Assembly: GCA_964016885.1 (NCBI GenBank)
Contig: OZ024741.1
Coordinates: 365,986,001 to 366,050,000, forward strand
From: Eledone cirrhosa
Lineage: Eukaryota
Direction: 5' to 3'
Length of the DNA: 64,000 bases
The notes beneath the pieces were generated by a model. It was given only the letters and a program-made list of their open reading frames with translations. It was not told the DNA's origin and did not search any database. Shown here piece after piece: positions 41,651-58,102 of this stretch; position 1 is the stretch's first letter, and every line of letters starts with the position of its first letter. A program made the translations under genes and the position numbers.

Positions 41651-42339
41651 TTCTTTTTCGGTCCTCTAACGATATTGTAGTTTTGGTGGTATTATTCGCA
41701 ATAGTCAGCAATCTGGTCCTTTTTCAAACTCGGGAAGTGTAGGCGTTTTTAGAGGCGGCCTTTATTCGCCTTCTCATATATACATCACTGGATTGTGAGA
41801 GGTTTTTGGGAGCTCAGGTGTCATCCGTTGCTCCATCTCCTCTAGTAGTTTACTGCTGTTGGTCTAGGTTTGCTTATTTGTCCTGCAGCCTCCCGCTTAT
41901 ATCGTAACTAATCATTGCACCTGGTGGCCGTATTTCTATCCCCACATGCAACCTGTTCTCTATCAGAACAACTTTGCTGAATTCATCGTGCAAAATGTTC
42001 TCAACTCTCTCATGGATATCCTAATAGCATTGGTTCTTTGATTTATAGTCAATCGCCTGTCATCTGTCACCATATTGGTATACACGATTAATATGTTCCT
42101 CTCTGGTGTCAGTTGCAGGGCGTAGACCTTGGGTCATCTTCAAGAAACTCCCTTCACTTCCTAAATTCAGCCGCCTACTCCAACATCGTTGATAAGGCTG
42201 GAGCGTCATCCGATAATGCTCCGATACTGACGAATTGAATGTCCTTGGATTTTAGACAATATCAGTGAGGGAAATGAAACACTTGAATGCAGCAAATGTA
42301 AAATAATATCTACGAGGTGGGCCCCAATAAGAAGATAAA

Positions 42340-43290
42340 TATACATGTACGTCATGCAAGAAAGGGACATGTTGGCATGGAGAAGAAGGCATAGGCTGCA
42401 GTTTCGCACGCCACAGACACTATGGAAGCTGCGCCCAATCTGCTCATCGTAATTACTCCAGACAAAACCAGCAGAGGCAAACAACACAGCACACAGGGTC
42501 ACTGCCCAGAAAATATGCTGATGTTGCAAATACTGCCCTGATGAAAAGCAGATGGTGTTCAGAAGCAATGCTGACGGTAGCTTGGGAGCAGCTATCTTTC
42601 TTAGACATGGCTGAGAAGATTGTGAGGCAATTGACTTGGCTACATCAGTTAGTCACACCAACATTCGCAACCATCATCCGCCGTAACCACCACTTACACA
42701 CATCCAAATGTCATATCAGTGGCCACCGCTGATACACAAATGGCAGTGCTACTGCTAAATAACAAAGGCCTGGTAAAACTGACCAGCATGATTAAAATCG
42801 CCTACCCGACAGTCCTAGCCACAAGTAATCAAGCAATATGCATGGAACTAACTGAAAAACTAACTGACAGCTAACATAGCAGATGAGGAAATACACATGC
42901 CAAAGTATATTGTATTTCGTACTGACAGGAGAGAGAGAACTCATGGTGGAGTTGCTTTGTACATCTGTGAAGATGTCACACCATTAGTACTGTTGCCATA
43001 TTCCAAATCTATCTGGAATACGTTATGAATACAAATAAAGTAAGTCAAAATGGTAATATGTGCCATATATTGGCCACCAAACAACCCTAGTTAGGAGGAC
43101 AAGTTCGAAGATAACCTCAGAAACATGGAAAAAGCACTATTCAGATTCTCAAAATAATACTTCTGGGATATTTTAACCCGGCAAGGCCAAATGGCACGGA
43201 AATCACACCCTCTTAGGAATGATGGCACTTGAACAAAGGCAACAGGAACCATCATTGACCTTACAAACAGACTATTTTTGGAAAAATGGT
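42340..43290 (+). pseudogene. CR1-group LINE fragment (Cys-rich ORF1 remnant and APE start)
   Basis: IADEEIHMPKYIVFRTDRRERTHGGVALYI near 42876-42965; upstream CKKGTCWHGEEGIGCSF. Confidence 0.6.
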
Positions 43291-44509
43291 ACTTTATCCA
43301 ACCAAAGATAGATAGATAGATATGTTTCTTTATTGCCACAGGGGCACAAAAGAAGGGGACAATACAAAGGGTGAAGTTTACATACAATAAAAACGTGTAA
43401 AATACTATCACAAATGCAATTTAAAAATTAATCGATTTTCCCCAATATGGGGAGACATTACATATGGGTAACACATACCTCCGACAAAAAATGATAGATA
43501 GATAGATATACGTAAATAACACAGTTATTGTTTAAATTAGTCCACACAACTGAGGAAGCACTCCAAACCGACCTCCAACTTGCACAGGTGATTCCTGCTA
43601 AACATTCTAGCAACCCACCTCCCCAAACTCGGCAATCCAAACATAACCCTAACAGCCACCAAATGGCAAATACAGATGTTATCATACTACAGCTGTCATA
43701 TTACCTAGTTTCTAATAAAGCTATAATTATCTACAGCGACTACAATCCCATTGCGTAATAGATCTTACTCCACCTCCTCCTCCTGTCGTCTCTTCACTTT
43801 AAACACCCAAACTATCCTCCCAGATCACGTGATACCACGCATTGGGAAGTTTAGTCCGTACAACACAACAAAATAAATAAATAAATATTACTCCAGCCAT
43901 TAAAGATATAAGCGAAATGAACCACAGAAATACGATATCAAAAGGCGACGCAAAACACATAAACTCCAATGTCATTATTTACATACGTATAAATATACAC
44001 AAACGAACGTAACAGATAATTACGATTAAATCCTATATACACAAACATACACGTATAAATAAATAAGGTCGAATATGCAAACAGCGATTGAGAACTACCT
44101 CTTTAAAATGCGTCTTTCCTTTTGGCTAGGCTAAAGAAAGGAAATAAATGAATAAAGAAAACAATGACCTTGGCCATTCCTTCATTCGTAGCCCTATCAC
44201 TAACTTAACTTATGTCTTTTCGCTCAAATATCGGTCACCAGAAGGAATCCCTTTAAATATATTACCTCAAAACATATATGCTAAATTACCTCTAAATAGG
44301 TAAAATAATGGCCTAATATCAATAGCAAGATTTTCTTAGAATCTCCTTTAAATACGCTAAATTTCTACTATCCCAATGTAAAATAAAATTAATTTCATAA
44401 CCCTACAACTTTCGTTTGCAAACTGTATATAACCCCGGATTTTCTTAGAATCTTCCTTTCAACACCAAGGCACCGACATAAATGCCTTATCCTTGTGCTA
44501 CCATACGTT

Positions 44510-45430
44510 TTAAGATTTGTTTTTCATTTCTTCCATGAAAACATTCATATAGATACTTATCCTACCGTAACGTATAATTTGACTAGAAAATACGTTGTTT
44601 CCTAAAGATATTGGCGTACAGCTAGATGCAAAAGTCATCCAAGCTTCATTAAAACTAAAATCCTTAGACTTATTGTAGACTTTTGTCACTATCGCCTCAC
44701 CTCTCCTCTCGTCTAAATGATTAACCCTGCAAACGCTGTATCCATTCATCTTCGCCTCTAAACTATTCGGATGGATTTTGTGCAGTAAACCCTCGAAATA
44801 TCCTTAATTAGTAACAAATACATCATCAATGTACCTACGACACCCAACTGCCTTAGGCCAATTCTCATAAGGTTCCTTAATCCTTCTAAATAGCCAAATT
44901 CACAGAAAGATAAATATAAATCCGCCATGAGCTGCCTGAAAACATTACCTGCGAATACAATGTGAGCATTCTTTACTATAAATTGAACCCTGCGTTCTAG
45001 CTTATCATTTGTCCGTTTAGTGTATCCATTGTAACTTGTTCTAGACAAGAAGCCCTTGCCATTCCTGAAAAAAAAAACATTCTTAAACTTATTTCTTAAA
45101 AGCCGGTGTTTCATTCTACCCACCTGTTCCTCAAATAAATCCAGCTCCAAAGTAGTGTAAAGATTGGAGAAGTCATACATGAGTATTGTTTTTATAATCC
45201 TGATTCTGCTCAATCTAGTTAAAAATTCATTAGTAGTTCCTATACTCCACCTCATATTCATCCACTATTTTCAAGAATTGCGTCACAATAAATATGGAAT
45301 GACTCTTTAAACACTGCTGAAGCCTCGTAAACTAAAACACCAACTTGTCTATTTATGCACTTACTACCTCCTTCTATAGATCTACATCCATACAATGTAT
45401 TATGCAACTTTGGTATCCCCTATTAACCTC
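44510..45430 (-). pseudogene. Penelope-like RT, Naiad/Chlamys type, decayed
   Basis: IPKLH; WSI; YDFSNLYT; FIVKNAHIVFAGNVFRQ; ADLYL..E; RYIDDV (frameshifted); VYNKSKDFSF; FSSQIIRYGRI. Confidence 0.85.
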
Positions 45431-45809
45431 TCCTTTACCAAGCTCACAACTTTCTCCTTCCATTCTCCGAACACCTAATTAACATAACCGTATTTCAAGC
45501 TTAGCCTAATCACGAAATCATGAATTGATTACAACACCAACCTACCAACGTACGGGCATATCGATTCCCTAGATTTAGTTCCATTTATCATGAGTCACCT
45601 AAGAATTCTGAATTATATTCAGATCACCAGTATATTATAAATCTGAATTATATTCAGATCACCAGTAATTGCGTGCTAAACGAACCTAGAACTTCCGCAA
45701 ACGCACAATTTTTAACAAGCCTACCTAAAATTCTAAATTAAGTTAGACATAGCCTGGGTCAAAACTGGCCGAAATCTATCAAGTGTGTCCGTTTATATAT
45801 ATATATAAA

Positions 45810-46575
<766 letters not shown>

Positions 46576-47138
46576 CGGTGATGAATTAGTTTTGCGAGGT
46601 TTTTGATATGAAATCGTGTGTCGAAACAAATATTGTTATACTTGGGGAGGGTCATATTTGTGTAATATTGCCAGAATTAATAACAGAACACTCTCACTGT
46701 TTGGTTGGCTTTCGCTTTTCGCTTCTGTGTCTTTTATATCGGTAATTTAATTTATTCGGTCCTCAGTGTTGCCATTGACTGACGAACGGTCAAAAATACA
46801 GTTACAATATAGACACAAACACATATATATAGTTTATCAAAGTTCTTTCGTTGCACATCTGCAACATCGTCAGTGGTGCTATTGTTTCCTCCCGTTGCAT
46901 TGTATTTTCTACGCCATCTTTATTTAGTCTGTTTATATATTTATTTATTTGTTTATTTTATTTTTCCTTTTTTACGCATGCGTTTGCGTGTGTGTATAGT
47001 GTTTTGTTTGATGTGTGTTCGTGATTGGGTGGCTGTGTATTGGTTAATGTATTCTATCTTTACTAGTGTGTGTTTATATGTGTTTGTTGGTATTGTGCTT
47101 GTGTATGTATTTATTTATTTATCTATGTATTTATTTAT

Positions 47139-47576
47139 TTATACTTCTCTTAGGTGAGTGTTTGTTTCGGTGTTGTTGTTACTCCATTCATTTTTTCTGT
47201 TTAGCCTTGGCCTTCTAAGTTCTATTTCACTGGCCTCTCTGATTTGCCTATCTGCTGGGTCATTTCTATGTTTAGATATTATTCTAATTTCTATGTTGTC
47301 TATGTTAGCGTTGTGTTGTTGTCTGGCATGTTCGTATAGTACTGAACCGTTTTTTCGTCCTTTTAGTTCACCCCAGTGTTGGTCTATCCTTTCACCTATG
47401 CTACGAGCTGTCTCGCCTATGTATGTTGTTGTCATGTTTCTGCAAGTACCCTCTGTACATCTTATGCTATAGACTACGTTTCTAGTTTTACAGTTTATCC
47501 GGTGGTTTACCTTACATATGATACATTTCCTATTAGTATAGTGGGTTTTCTTAAAAGGGTAGGTTTTGCTGATCAT
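47139..47576 (-). pseudogene. PLE GIY-YIG endonuclease domain (uninterrupted, 5'-truncated)
   Basis: CIIC..C..RNVVYSIRC..YIGETARSIGERIDQH..S.LYEH..H..RQIREASEI..LNRKNEW. Confidence 0.9.
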
Positions 47577-47641
47577 AAATATATAACCAGACTAAATAAA
47601 GATGGCGTAGAAAATACAATGCAACGAGAGGAAACAATAGC

Positions 47642-47685
47642 ACCACTGACGATGTTGCAGATGTGCAACGAAAGAACTTTCATAA
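47642..47685 (+). ncRNA. Hammerhead motif in pLTR (inverted copy at 46834-46878, minus strand)
   Basis: CTGACGA-t-GTTGCA-gatg-TGCAAC-GAAAG-aa-CTT; stem I eroded. Confidence 0.65.
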
Positions 47686-47899
47686 ACTATATATATGTGT
47701 TTGTGTCTATATTGAATCTGTATTTTTGACCGTTGGTCAGTCAATGGCAACACTGAGGACCGAATAAATTAGATTACCGATATAAAAGACGCAGAAGCGA
47801 AAAGCGAAAACCAACCAAACAGTAAGTGTGTTCTGTTGTTAATTCTGGCAATATTACACAAATATGACCCTACCCAAGTATAACAATATATATATATAT

Positions 47900-48073
<174 letters not shown>

Positions 48074-48597
48074 CACATATATATACATATATATATTTAA
48101 GTTAACGCGGTACTGGTTAAAGCAATCCAAGTAGAGGTTATGAGGTATGGATGCTTCTAACATTCGGCATTGTTTGACTCAAAAAGATATTTAGTTAGTT
48201 GTGGTGTTCGGAGGCCGATTGCAGATAGTTCCTAAGTAACCGGTTCCTGGAATATTAATAATAAAGGAGTCAAGAATAACATAGATCGGCAATACAGTAG
48301 GATTTATTCCAAGTATTAACAAATGTATCATTGGTCCGATATATTTATATAGTTTCGGTTATTTGTTGGAGATTTCTTCATAGAAGCCTTATTCTTATAG
48401 CCTGGTCTATTCGATTTTTTATATAGTTAATTATGCTAATTGGGAGATGAAATGATATATATTTTATCTGGTGATTCTATAGACATCTTTTATGATATAT
48501 AGCTCTGATTATTTAATTTATTAACTTTTCATTGAGCCACAAAGTGACCCGTTGCAAAACACGTATATGTATGTATGTATATATATATATATGTAAA

Positions 48598-48679
<82 letters not shown>

Positions 48680-49083
48680 AGTTACATATAGTATACATGT
48701 TTATTTTTAAGCACCAGTTATAACGTTCTTGAATGTTGAATACATGTCAACATGTGTGTTGTATTTTCCAAATTTTAGAAACATAATTCCTGTAATAATT
48801 TTGGAAGAATGTACTCGAGAATATTCTTCCTTGCTGTGACTGGTTTCGAAGTTAGTTTGCAAGACAGTATAAACATTTGCGCTGTAGTGGAGTGGATAAT
48901 ATTTGGGTTCTATGATCGACCTCTAATTTGGTAGCTACTTTCTCTTTGTTTTGTTTGCTTTATGGATAAAATGGCATTGATGGCGGCATTGTGCGTGTAA
49001 TGCTTTTAGTCATCGGAAATTAAGCGAGGGGGTTGTTTTCTTAAATTTCTATATATATATTCATTTTAACTTATCAGAATGGA

Positions 49084-49128
<45 letters not shown>

Positions 49129-49294
49129 GCATGCGTGTGTGTTCGTCTGAGGTTTCGCGTTGAAAATTCTTTCACAAGACATTGGTCAACCCAAGGCTTT
49201 TGGAGAATGTACTTGCTCACAGTATCATGTTGCATCACTAAACCAACCCCCAAACTATAAAGTATCGAATTGAACATCTTAACCGTGCGCACAT

Positions 49295-49380
<86 letters not shown>

Positions 49381-50057
49381 TTTATATATGTGTCTGTCTG
49401 TGTGTGTCTGTGGTCAAATATTTTGACTGCGTAATAGTTTATTTCCACTGTAGTTGAATCGATTTCGGATTTACTTATAAGAATGAATTGCAGTGAGGAC
49501 TTAGCTATTAGTGTAAACTGGTAAAGTGATTCTAAAATGGTAGGTTGGTGGGGTTAATGGTACAATGGAAAAATGATTTTACAAAATGAGAAATCTAATT
49601 GGAATTAACATAAATATCCCTTGAAATGACATATGTATGTGTATATTTTCGTTCCGGGATTAAGGCATTCAGCTCATGAACCTGAGTTTGGGAGTACGAT
49701 TCCTGGCGGCTCACGCGTTTTGTTCTTGAGCACAATGCTTTAATTCACGTTTGTACATTAGGTTCAGCTGACAAAAATGAGTTGTACATCTAACTTAAAA
49801 TGGCGTCGTTGTCTATCAAAATCACACAAAATCTCCCTACGAAACTATGTCACAGTGCACGTGTCTGTGGCACGATCAACCACATACCGGTTAGTTTCAC
49901 GAGACGGCTGTTCAATTGTTCTAACATCTGGAACACGCAGGGTGTGTAAACACATGTGTTATATCTATTTAGTGAAAGCGTATATGTTCTTGTGTTGCAC
50001 ATTTTCCAGTTTTTCCCCAGTCAACCTTTTAGGTATGCATGTTTGTGTGTATGTATG

Positions 50058-50167
<110 letters not shown>

Positions 50168-50592
50168 CATATAAAATCTGTTCTTGTTATGCTCCATTTC
50201 TGTGTATGTGTGAGTATATATAGATATACATATATATATATATATAAGTGTATATATATATATACTCACATACACAGAAATGGAGCATGAGAAGAACAGA
50301 TTTGTTGAGGGATGCATTATAAATACATATAAATATATATATAGAAGTCTTTTAGAGTTTTACTTCTACAAAACACATCTAACAGTCACTGCGTTAATTA
50401 TTGGAAATGATCACAATATCATTGTCTTTGTTGTCTTTTACTTTAGCTATTGGTTTACCAATTATTTCTGTTTAATTAAGCGCGTGTCCTCATTAATAGA
50501 TTATATACTTTTACGCATCGAAGTACCATCACATATATGAACGCAGCTTCACGCGTATGCTGAAATATCTCTTTCAATCTCTGTTTCAGAGA

Positions 50593-50684
<92 letters not shown>

Positions 50685-50708
50685 TTCTTTTTCTCTCTCT
50701 CTCTCTCT

Positions 50709-50752
<44 letters not shown>

Positions 50753-50756
50753 CTGT

Positions 50757-50799
<43 letters not shown>

Positions 50800-50801
<2 letters not shown>

Positions 50802-50955
50802 AAGCTCCGCAACCGAGCTGATGATCCGTCTAAGGTGAAACAAATTGTTCTCGAAAATGGTGAATTAACTGGTGGTGCTACTTCTACCAAACTCGTCCTA
50901 TGGACTGAGTGCTCTACTACTACGGATATAACCGACCAGAGTTCTGTTCTAGTAA
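50800..50955 (+). mobile_element. Solo pLTR fragment of the 2988-3900 PLE family in (TA)n
   Basis: Matches the reverse complement of 2990-3121 (CTACTTCTAC.AAACTCGTCC.ATGGACTGAGTGCTCTAC). Confidence 0.85.
50814..50853 (+). ncRNA. Type I hammerhead motif
   Basis: CGAG-CTGATGA-tCCgtctaaGGt-GAA-ACAA-a-TTGT-T-CTCG. Confidence 0.7.
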
Positions 50956-50959
50956 TATA

Positions 50960-51047
<88 letters not shown>

Positions 51048-51810
51048 GAGAAGGGGTAGAAAAAGAGACCAGTACGTTACATAGAATACATTCCGAGACA
51101 AAATAAGAAAAATAATGACATATTGTATAATCTTTCTCATAGGTCAATGATCGTTTGAATGATGAATAAGCATTTAGATGTCGATGTTTGGTATGATAAG
51201 TCAGAGAACTTTGAGCGTCGGATAGAATGCTTCGCAGGATTTGCTTCGGTTCTTTATGCTCTGATTTTAAATCTTATCTAGTTCCACATTGTCTTTCTTC
51301 GTTTCGTGGTTGATAAATAAATACCAGATAAGTACTGGATCGATTCTTCCTCAATAGCGTTCTAATAGCGCCTTCTTTCACTCTCTCTAACCTTTATGTA
51401 CCGTGTCATGATCTCACTTGTAAATTACAGCCAAAGAAAAATATTTATATGGTTTAGTGAAAGTGAAACATATATCCAGACATTTTAAAAGAACATTCAC
51501 CGCATTACAATCCAAATATGTCTGGAATATAATGGTTTAAAATATTAAAATTCAATAATAATACATACAATCGATTATAAAATATATATTTTATAATATT
51601 AATAATTAATTATTAAATCGATTGGTCCAATCAATTTTGATGACTAATCCTATTTTGCTTACATATTATCAATTGCTTGAATAATCCGCAAAAGGAAAAC
51701 TATGTAATAATTCAAGAAGTTTCGATTATATATATATATATATATATAGTGAAAGCAGCGATTCTTTGCTTAAACTTTAATCTGTTATTTTAATAAATAT
51801 ATATATATAA

Positions 51811-51888
<78 letters not shown>

Positions 51889-52667
51889 GTATGTATATAT
51901 ATATATGTGTGGGAGGTGTGTGGGGATGTTGAGTATGTGTGTCTGCGTGGGTGCGTGCGTGTATGCGTGTTTAAGTGTATGTGTGTGTTTGTGTATAGCA
52001 ATATATAAGGTCACTATTTTCATTGGTAAGATGAAATATATTCGACGCACTTTTTTCAGCCCTTCATACTTCAGGAGCGAACATAAACTGTATGAATAAA
52101 GGGCAGTTCCAGTAACAGAACATTTACAATTCAAAATTCAAGATAACCAAGGATAGTAATTTTTTAAAATTTATTTATACATTGTTACGGATGTCTCAAT
52201 GCGGAAAGCATATCCCATCCATTTGTGGAGAAAACTAGATATTATCAGTGCATTATTTCCCCATTATGCGTGCTCTACTCAAACCGTATCTCTTCAGGAA
52301 ATATATATATAATAAAAATTAACAATAAATTCATTAATATCATACGACAAGTTATCAAGTATAATATAGGATTCAAAGCAAAGTGCATTCAAAACATGGA
52401 ATTTTAAATTTATAAGTACAAAGCAAATGCTTTTGGGTATGTTTTTCGACATGCAAAAATAGAGATTTATCGGTGTTTTGTTTTTTCCACAAGCATGTTA
52501 AAATATTTTAAACCTGTTAATAGGGGTTGTTAAAAGAAGTTTTTTTCTTTTCATTTTTAAGATATAGGGCAGTGCGTTCTCTTATTTATCAAGAAATATT
52601 ACCAGTAGCACAAACATAGCCTGTTTACATTACAGGGTAGATGGAAACATATATAATATGTTTATAT

Positions 52668-52830
52668 ATATATATAAAACTGAGGATGTCTGTCTGTGTG
52701 TGTGTGTGAGTTTGAATCCCTAAAAGTCGAGAAGCACCAAACCCTCTGTTTTCAAACTTTACACATGTAATACTACTGAGCAAAATCAATTTCAAATGTG
52801 CAATGCCTTAGGGACCACATTATGCGATTT
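52668..52830 (+). mobile_element. Possible Helitron-like non-autonomous element 5' remnant
   Basis: ATATATAAAACTGAGGATGTCTGTCTGTGTG start, repeated near 53270. Confidence 0.35.
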
Positions 52831-53599
52831 AGCGATCTCTCTATAATTCTTAATCTTTCTCTTTTTAGATAGATACATAGATATATCGTCGCGCCCTTAT
52901 AATATCTGTATGTATGTCTGGCTGTCTGCATTACGTCACTTCCCAAAATTCCCTCTGCGTGCAGATTTTCCATTTACGGCCCACTGCCTCCGGTTATCTT
53001 GCCACCCTTGCTCAAGACAAATCTCACACTCATTCCCCAAACAGTTGGTAAGTGCACACAACTTCTTCCTCACGTTTTAATCCACAGTGTTGCTTACTTA
53101 CGTAGCACCAGACCCTTACTTCTTTGCCAGCCATGGTTGCGGCAATACCAACCTTAGTTAAGGCGGTTATATATTTCACACAACACTAAAAATTAAAGCT
53201 GGTAAAGAAAAACATCGCTATAATAGCTTCAGTTTTCACAGTATTGCTTACTTAGGTGCCTTTTCCGAGAAAACTGAGGAAGTCTGTCTGTGTGTGTGTT
53301 GATGCAATTAGTATTAGGTATGCTTCTCCTTCCACGTGGAGAAAATCGACTTGGTGCTTTTGTACTTTAATGAAGTGGCATGAGTCAGCAGGACAGATGT
53401 CACCACTTATGTCAGAGGGAAGTCGGCAATGCTTGAGCAAGGCATTACGGGCAATCGGACAGCATGTGGAGCCTTCTAGATGGAGTCCACCGCACCTTAG
53501 TAAGTAAACGCAACTTGACAAACCTTAACCAAACTGTGAGTATAATTTAACAAATTTAAAGAGGAATGGTGCAATAAAATGGGCCCCGAGGCGTGTGCG

Positions 53600-53830
53600 C
53601 GTTCACTGACAGCCCTAAAAGAAAGGGTCGCCATCAGCTATTTCAAGGGCCCTTAAAAGGACCGTGTAAGCCGTTCACTGACACCCCAGTAAGGAGGGGT
53701 AACCATCAACAATTTCAAGTGGTGGCCCTAAAAAGGGCCATGTGAGCGTTGAGTTGTAGCCCTTAATAGTGACTTTGACTGCGTTCTCTGACATTTGAAG
53801 GAGGGTGTTATGGTTGCTTCCACTGGTAGC
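53600..53830. repeat. Degenerate ~72-bp tandem repeat
   Basis: CGTTCACTGACA.CCC..A.G.GGGT..CCATCA..ATTTCAAG at ~53600 and ~53672, followed by weaker units. Confidence 0.65.
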
Positions 53831-54476
53831 CTTTAGAATGAATCAGAATGCGTTCGCGGTCCGTTTAACATCCATACATTGACGTGCGAGTGCGAAGCGG
53901 AAGGTCTAACTCTGAAGATAGTCACCTGAAGCCTAGGGAAAACGTATTTCAGGTAATAGGCCGTATCAATGGCAACCAGATTGCCTTAAGAAATGTTGAT
54001 AACGAACCTACCTCGTCCTTGTGCAAATGCAAGAAGACTCTCCCAGTTGCCAACTCTAGAGCACCCAACGAACAACGATCCGCTTAACGACCTTACATTG
54101 CCGCACCAATTGTCAAGGGGACGGTTCTTAGCTGGAGGGTTCACTTTAAACCGTAGAAAAAAAGCATTCCAGTGTGGGAAGTAACGTAATACAGACAGCC
54201 AGACATGCTGTGTTCCAATGTATTCCTTTCGTGTTGAATAATTACATAACACGTATTTCTACGGACAGATTACGTCATCAGACAATGGTGCAGGACAATT
54301 GGTGACGTCATCAAATGTAATGAACATGAAAGATGTAAAAGGTTTAGTTCAGTGACCCCTATTGGGTTACGGCAACATATAAACAAAGAATTGATACGGA
54401 GGTGGCCCGTCCATCGTATTACTCGCATCGCTGGCCGCATTATGTAACTGCAACATGAAAGGAATATCTTGCAATC

Positions 54477-54573
<97 letters not shown>

Positions 54574-56464
54574 CAGGCGTATACGAAAACATACATGTAC
54601 ATTAAGCATAAATAAACCTCACTTTGTGTGTTTTCAGTTGTGATCATGTTACAGTGGCCTAACACGCAGCTCAAAACACCCATAGCTAATATGTGTATTA
54701 TACATAAACATACAGTATACACTTCTATCTGCTCCTCTTTTATAAACACCCCATGTCAGTGCTACTGCTTATATACATATGCAGACACAATCATACGCAT
54801 ATCTTATATAATATTAAATAAGATATAGGCTATTTCTATATCATTCTACAGGGGAAAAATTATAATCGATCTTAAGTTGAGTGCAAAGTACTATCTGTTG
54901 TTTCGATTTTTATACGGTGCGACTCCAGCTATTGTCTTGATTGATAATTGTTTTCAAGTTAAAATCTATTAAGCATTCACCCATATTAGTTTCATTTGAC
55001 TAAGCACAAAGCACCATTCATTAGTTGTATAAAAACATGAAGTTTTGATCTCCATGCATCCTTTTCAATCATTAGTCTGTGTTTGAAGGAAAATTAACTT
55101 TGCTTGGTGGAATCAACCTCCATTGGTTTCTAAGATGAAGGCACCAGTTGTTCTATCAACAGAAGAGCCTACTCATGAAATAAACGTGCAAGAGGGTGAG
55201 CATTACACAGTCCTTCTGTGTGACAAGGGTTGTCGTTCGAATTAGAAGTACAGTCCATCTGGTGATATTCCGATCAGATGCCATTTACCTAATTCCACGC
55301 ACAAGACATGGGTGGACTCGAGACTATGATAAATGACACATCACCAAGATGTTTCACAGTGGAATTTGGTAATTGCAAAGCGAATACTTGATCATTCGAC
55401 AATTCAGCGTCCACTAACCAGGCTTGGTAATCAAACAAACACTGCCTGACGGTAAACTCGGCTTGTTGAAAAGCTGCCATTTACTCTACGAGGAAGCCAA
55501 TATGTACATCAACGACAAAGTGGCGTTTATGTGGTCACTTGAAACGCTAGAAATATCAACGAAATTTCCCTAATAATGTACTCTGCATTTGTAGAAAAGA
55601 AAAGGCAGCATTGTTTATTGTAGTTCCAAATGATTGGTCTTTAGTCGGTTATGCCGATGCACATTCAGCGTTCTATCAACTGCTGAACGCCAGACCCATG
55701 AAATAAATATAAATGGTTGAGTATTTTACACACAAACGCACAGAATAGTCGTGATACAGTGACAAGTCTACACGATCGAATTACAAGTACAATTAATCAG
55801 ATGGGTTTCTATGCAGTTTTCGTGTACTGTACAAAATTGTAGTCACAAGGATTGGGTCAACTGAAGTTATGGGAGATGACACTTCGACAAGAGGCTACTA
55901 TATGATAACTGAGCAAAGTTTCAACCATTTAGCCATGCTACACTAAATACACTAAATACACTATGCCTGAAAACAAGGTTTACATGATCGTAGCAAGACT
56001 TATTTTCCTTATAGAACTGCGGCTCTTTGTCGTGTGGGCTGATATTCAGCAAAACAATGGTATTTGCCTCAGATATAAACAAATCATTGTACGTATTGGA
56101 ATAAGATATTTAGATTATTTAACTTCAGTTGGTTATTGAAAACATTTCTCCGGAAAGATATTTCTTATTTTTATCTTTAACATAGACAACATTTACGGGA
56201 TGATAGTGGATTGTATAAAACATACTACTTGGCTGATATTAATTTTTAAAAAGTGAATGAAAGGACAATAAATCTCTCAGGAATTTGAAGTCAGAGGCAC
56301 ACAAACATACCCAGGAGGCGTCTGTTTATACAGCTCCTTAACTAGACAGTGATACTAAAGACATAATTCTCTATTTCTGATATAGTAATACTTACTATAC
56401 TAAGTGTATGCAGACATGAATGTATATATAATTCGGTATATATATATGAACATATATGTATATA

Positions 56465-56500
<36 letters not shown>

Positions 56501-56574
56501 TGTATGTATGTATGTATGTATGTTTGTATGTATGTATGTATGTATGTATGTATGTATGTATGTATGTATGTATG

Positions 56575-57207
56575 TCCGGTCACTCTTGAGTGCTACTGGT
56601 AACATGTAACCCACCACATCCTGTCACATGGTCGGGTCGTCGGCGGCTAAGCCGGCAACCCCACCAAGTTTACTTGGTGAGGAGGGTGATTTTGGACACC
56701 CTGCAGGACAAAAAACAAAACCTGACAAAGGGCGGAAGAACTCATAAGAGTCAACGGCCATCCAATAGTGTGTAAATATGTATATACACATGTACATGTG
56801 TGTGTATATGTATATGTGTATGTGCATGGGTGCATGTGTGTGTATATGCACGGAGACATAGAAAGAGTCGGGTTGGACACCCGATCGCGCGGTTAAACCA
56901 CTGGGAGTGAAGGACCCCTAGCATTTGTCAGGGCATTCTGCTATGAGAAATCAACTCAGGAAACTGGGATAACTCCGATATAAAACCTGTGGTTCAGTAG
57001 TTACCGATGATGTTGATCTTTTCTTCTTTTCGGGTTATAGCTACTGTCGCTCAGAGAGTGGGATTGGATCAGTGCACAGTCTTTCCTCACTTTAAAAAAT
57101 ATCTTCACGCACAGGCATTGCACGATAGAATTAATTAATAATTATTAATAATGGTATATCATGCAATAGCCATACTCGATAACGAGGGGACAGCTATCAT
57201 CATCATG
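56575..57207 (+). mobile_element. Non-autonomous RTE-related retroposon (family R)
   Basis: Inverse homologue of 23783-24317, preceded by (TATG)n. Confidence 0.85.
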
Positions 57208-57480
57208 TATATATGTATATAAGGTGTTCTGTGTGTGCGTGTTAGTTTGCATAGAGTCAGTGGAATTTATAAATGTGTAAGTTCTGATGAGAACGGGAAA
57301 AAAGGCGAGAAAATAAAGTAGTAATAGGATAGTAGTTGTCCTCAAAAGCTATTGGCTTACAGTCTATAATATTTTGGCTTCTGAATATTGCAAAAAATAT
57401 TTCTACAAAAGAAAAATACACAACAGGAAAATTTTTATTCTAAGACAAATAAGCGACACTCAAGTACAAATAGAAAAATA

Positions 57481-57668
57481 ATAATTGTTTCTACTTTTGG
57501 CACAAGACCAGCAATTATCTCAGTGTATTACTGGTACTTTATTTTATCGACCCTGTAAGGATGAAAGGCAAAGTTAACCTCGGCGGGATTTGAACTCAGA
57601 TCATAAAGGGAGTTAACTCTCTTCTTCAAAGCATGGCGTCCGACCCTCTACCGGTACTGCCAATCCAC
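57481..57668 (-). mobile_element. SINE family 1
   Basis: Reverse complement of the 8297-type sequence. Confidence 0.9.
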
Positions 57669-57712
57669 CATAATGTCTATGTTTAAGTCTCTCTTGTTCT
57701 TCATAATATATG

Positions 57713-57821
<109 letters not shown>

Positions 57822-57941
57822 TTTATATGTATATATATATGTGTCTGCATGTATATGTATATGTATGTATGTAAATATAAATATATATATATATGTATAT
57901 GTATGTATATATATGTATATACATGTATATGTATATATGTT

Positions 57942-57973
<32 letters not shown>

Positions 57974-58022
57974 GACACACACACACATACACACATATAT
58001 ATATATACGTATAAATATATAA

Positions 58023-58068
<46 letters not shown>

Positions 58069-58102
58069 ATATATATAAATATATAAGTATATACATATAT
58101 AT

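Noticed and set aside
45607-45667. Duplicated 26-bp palindromic unit TCTGAATTATATTCAGATCACCAGTA
   Set aside because: Only two copies; most simply a local slippage duplication
57275-57360. CTGATGA...AAAAGCTA hammerhead candidate
   Set aside because: GAAA is absent and stem II is unconvincing
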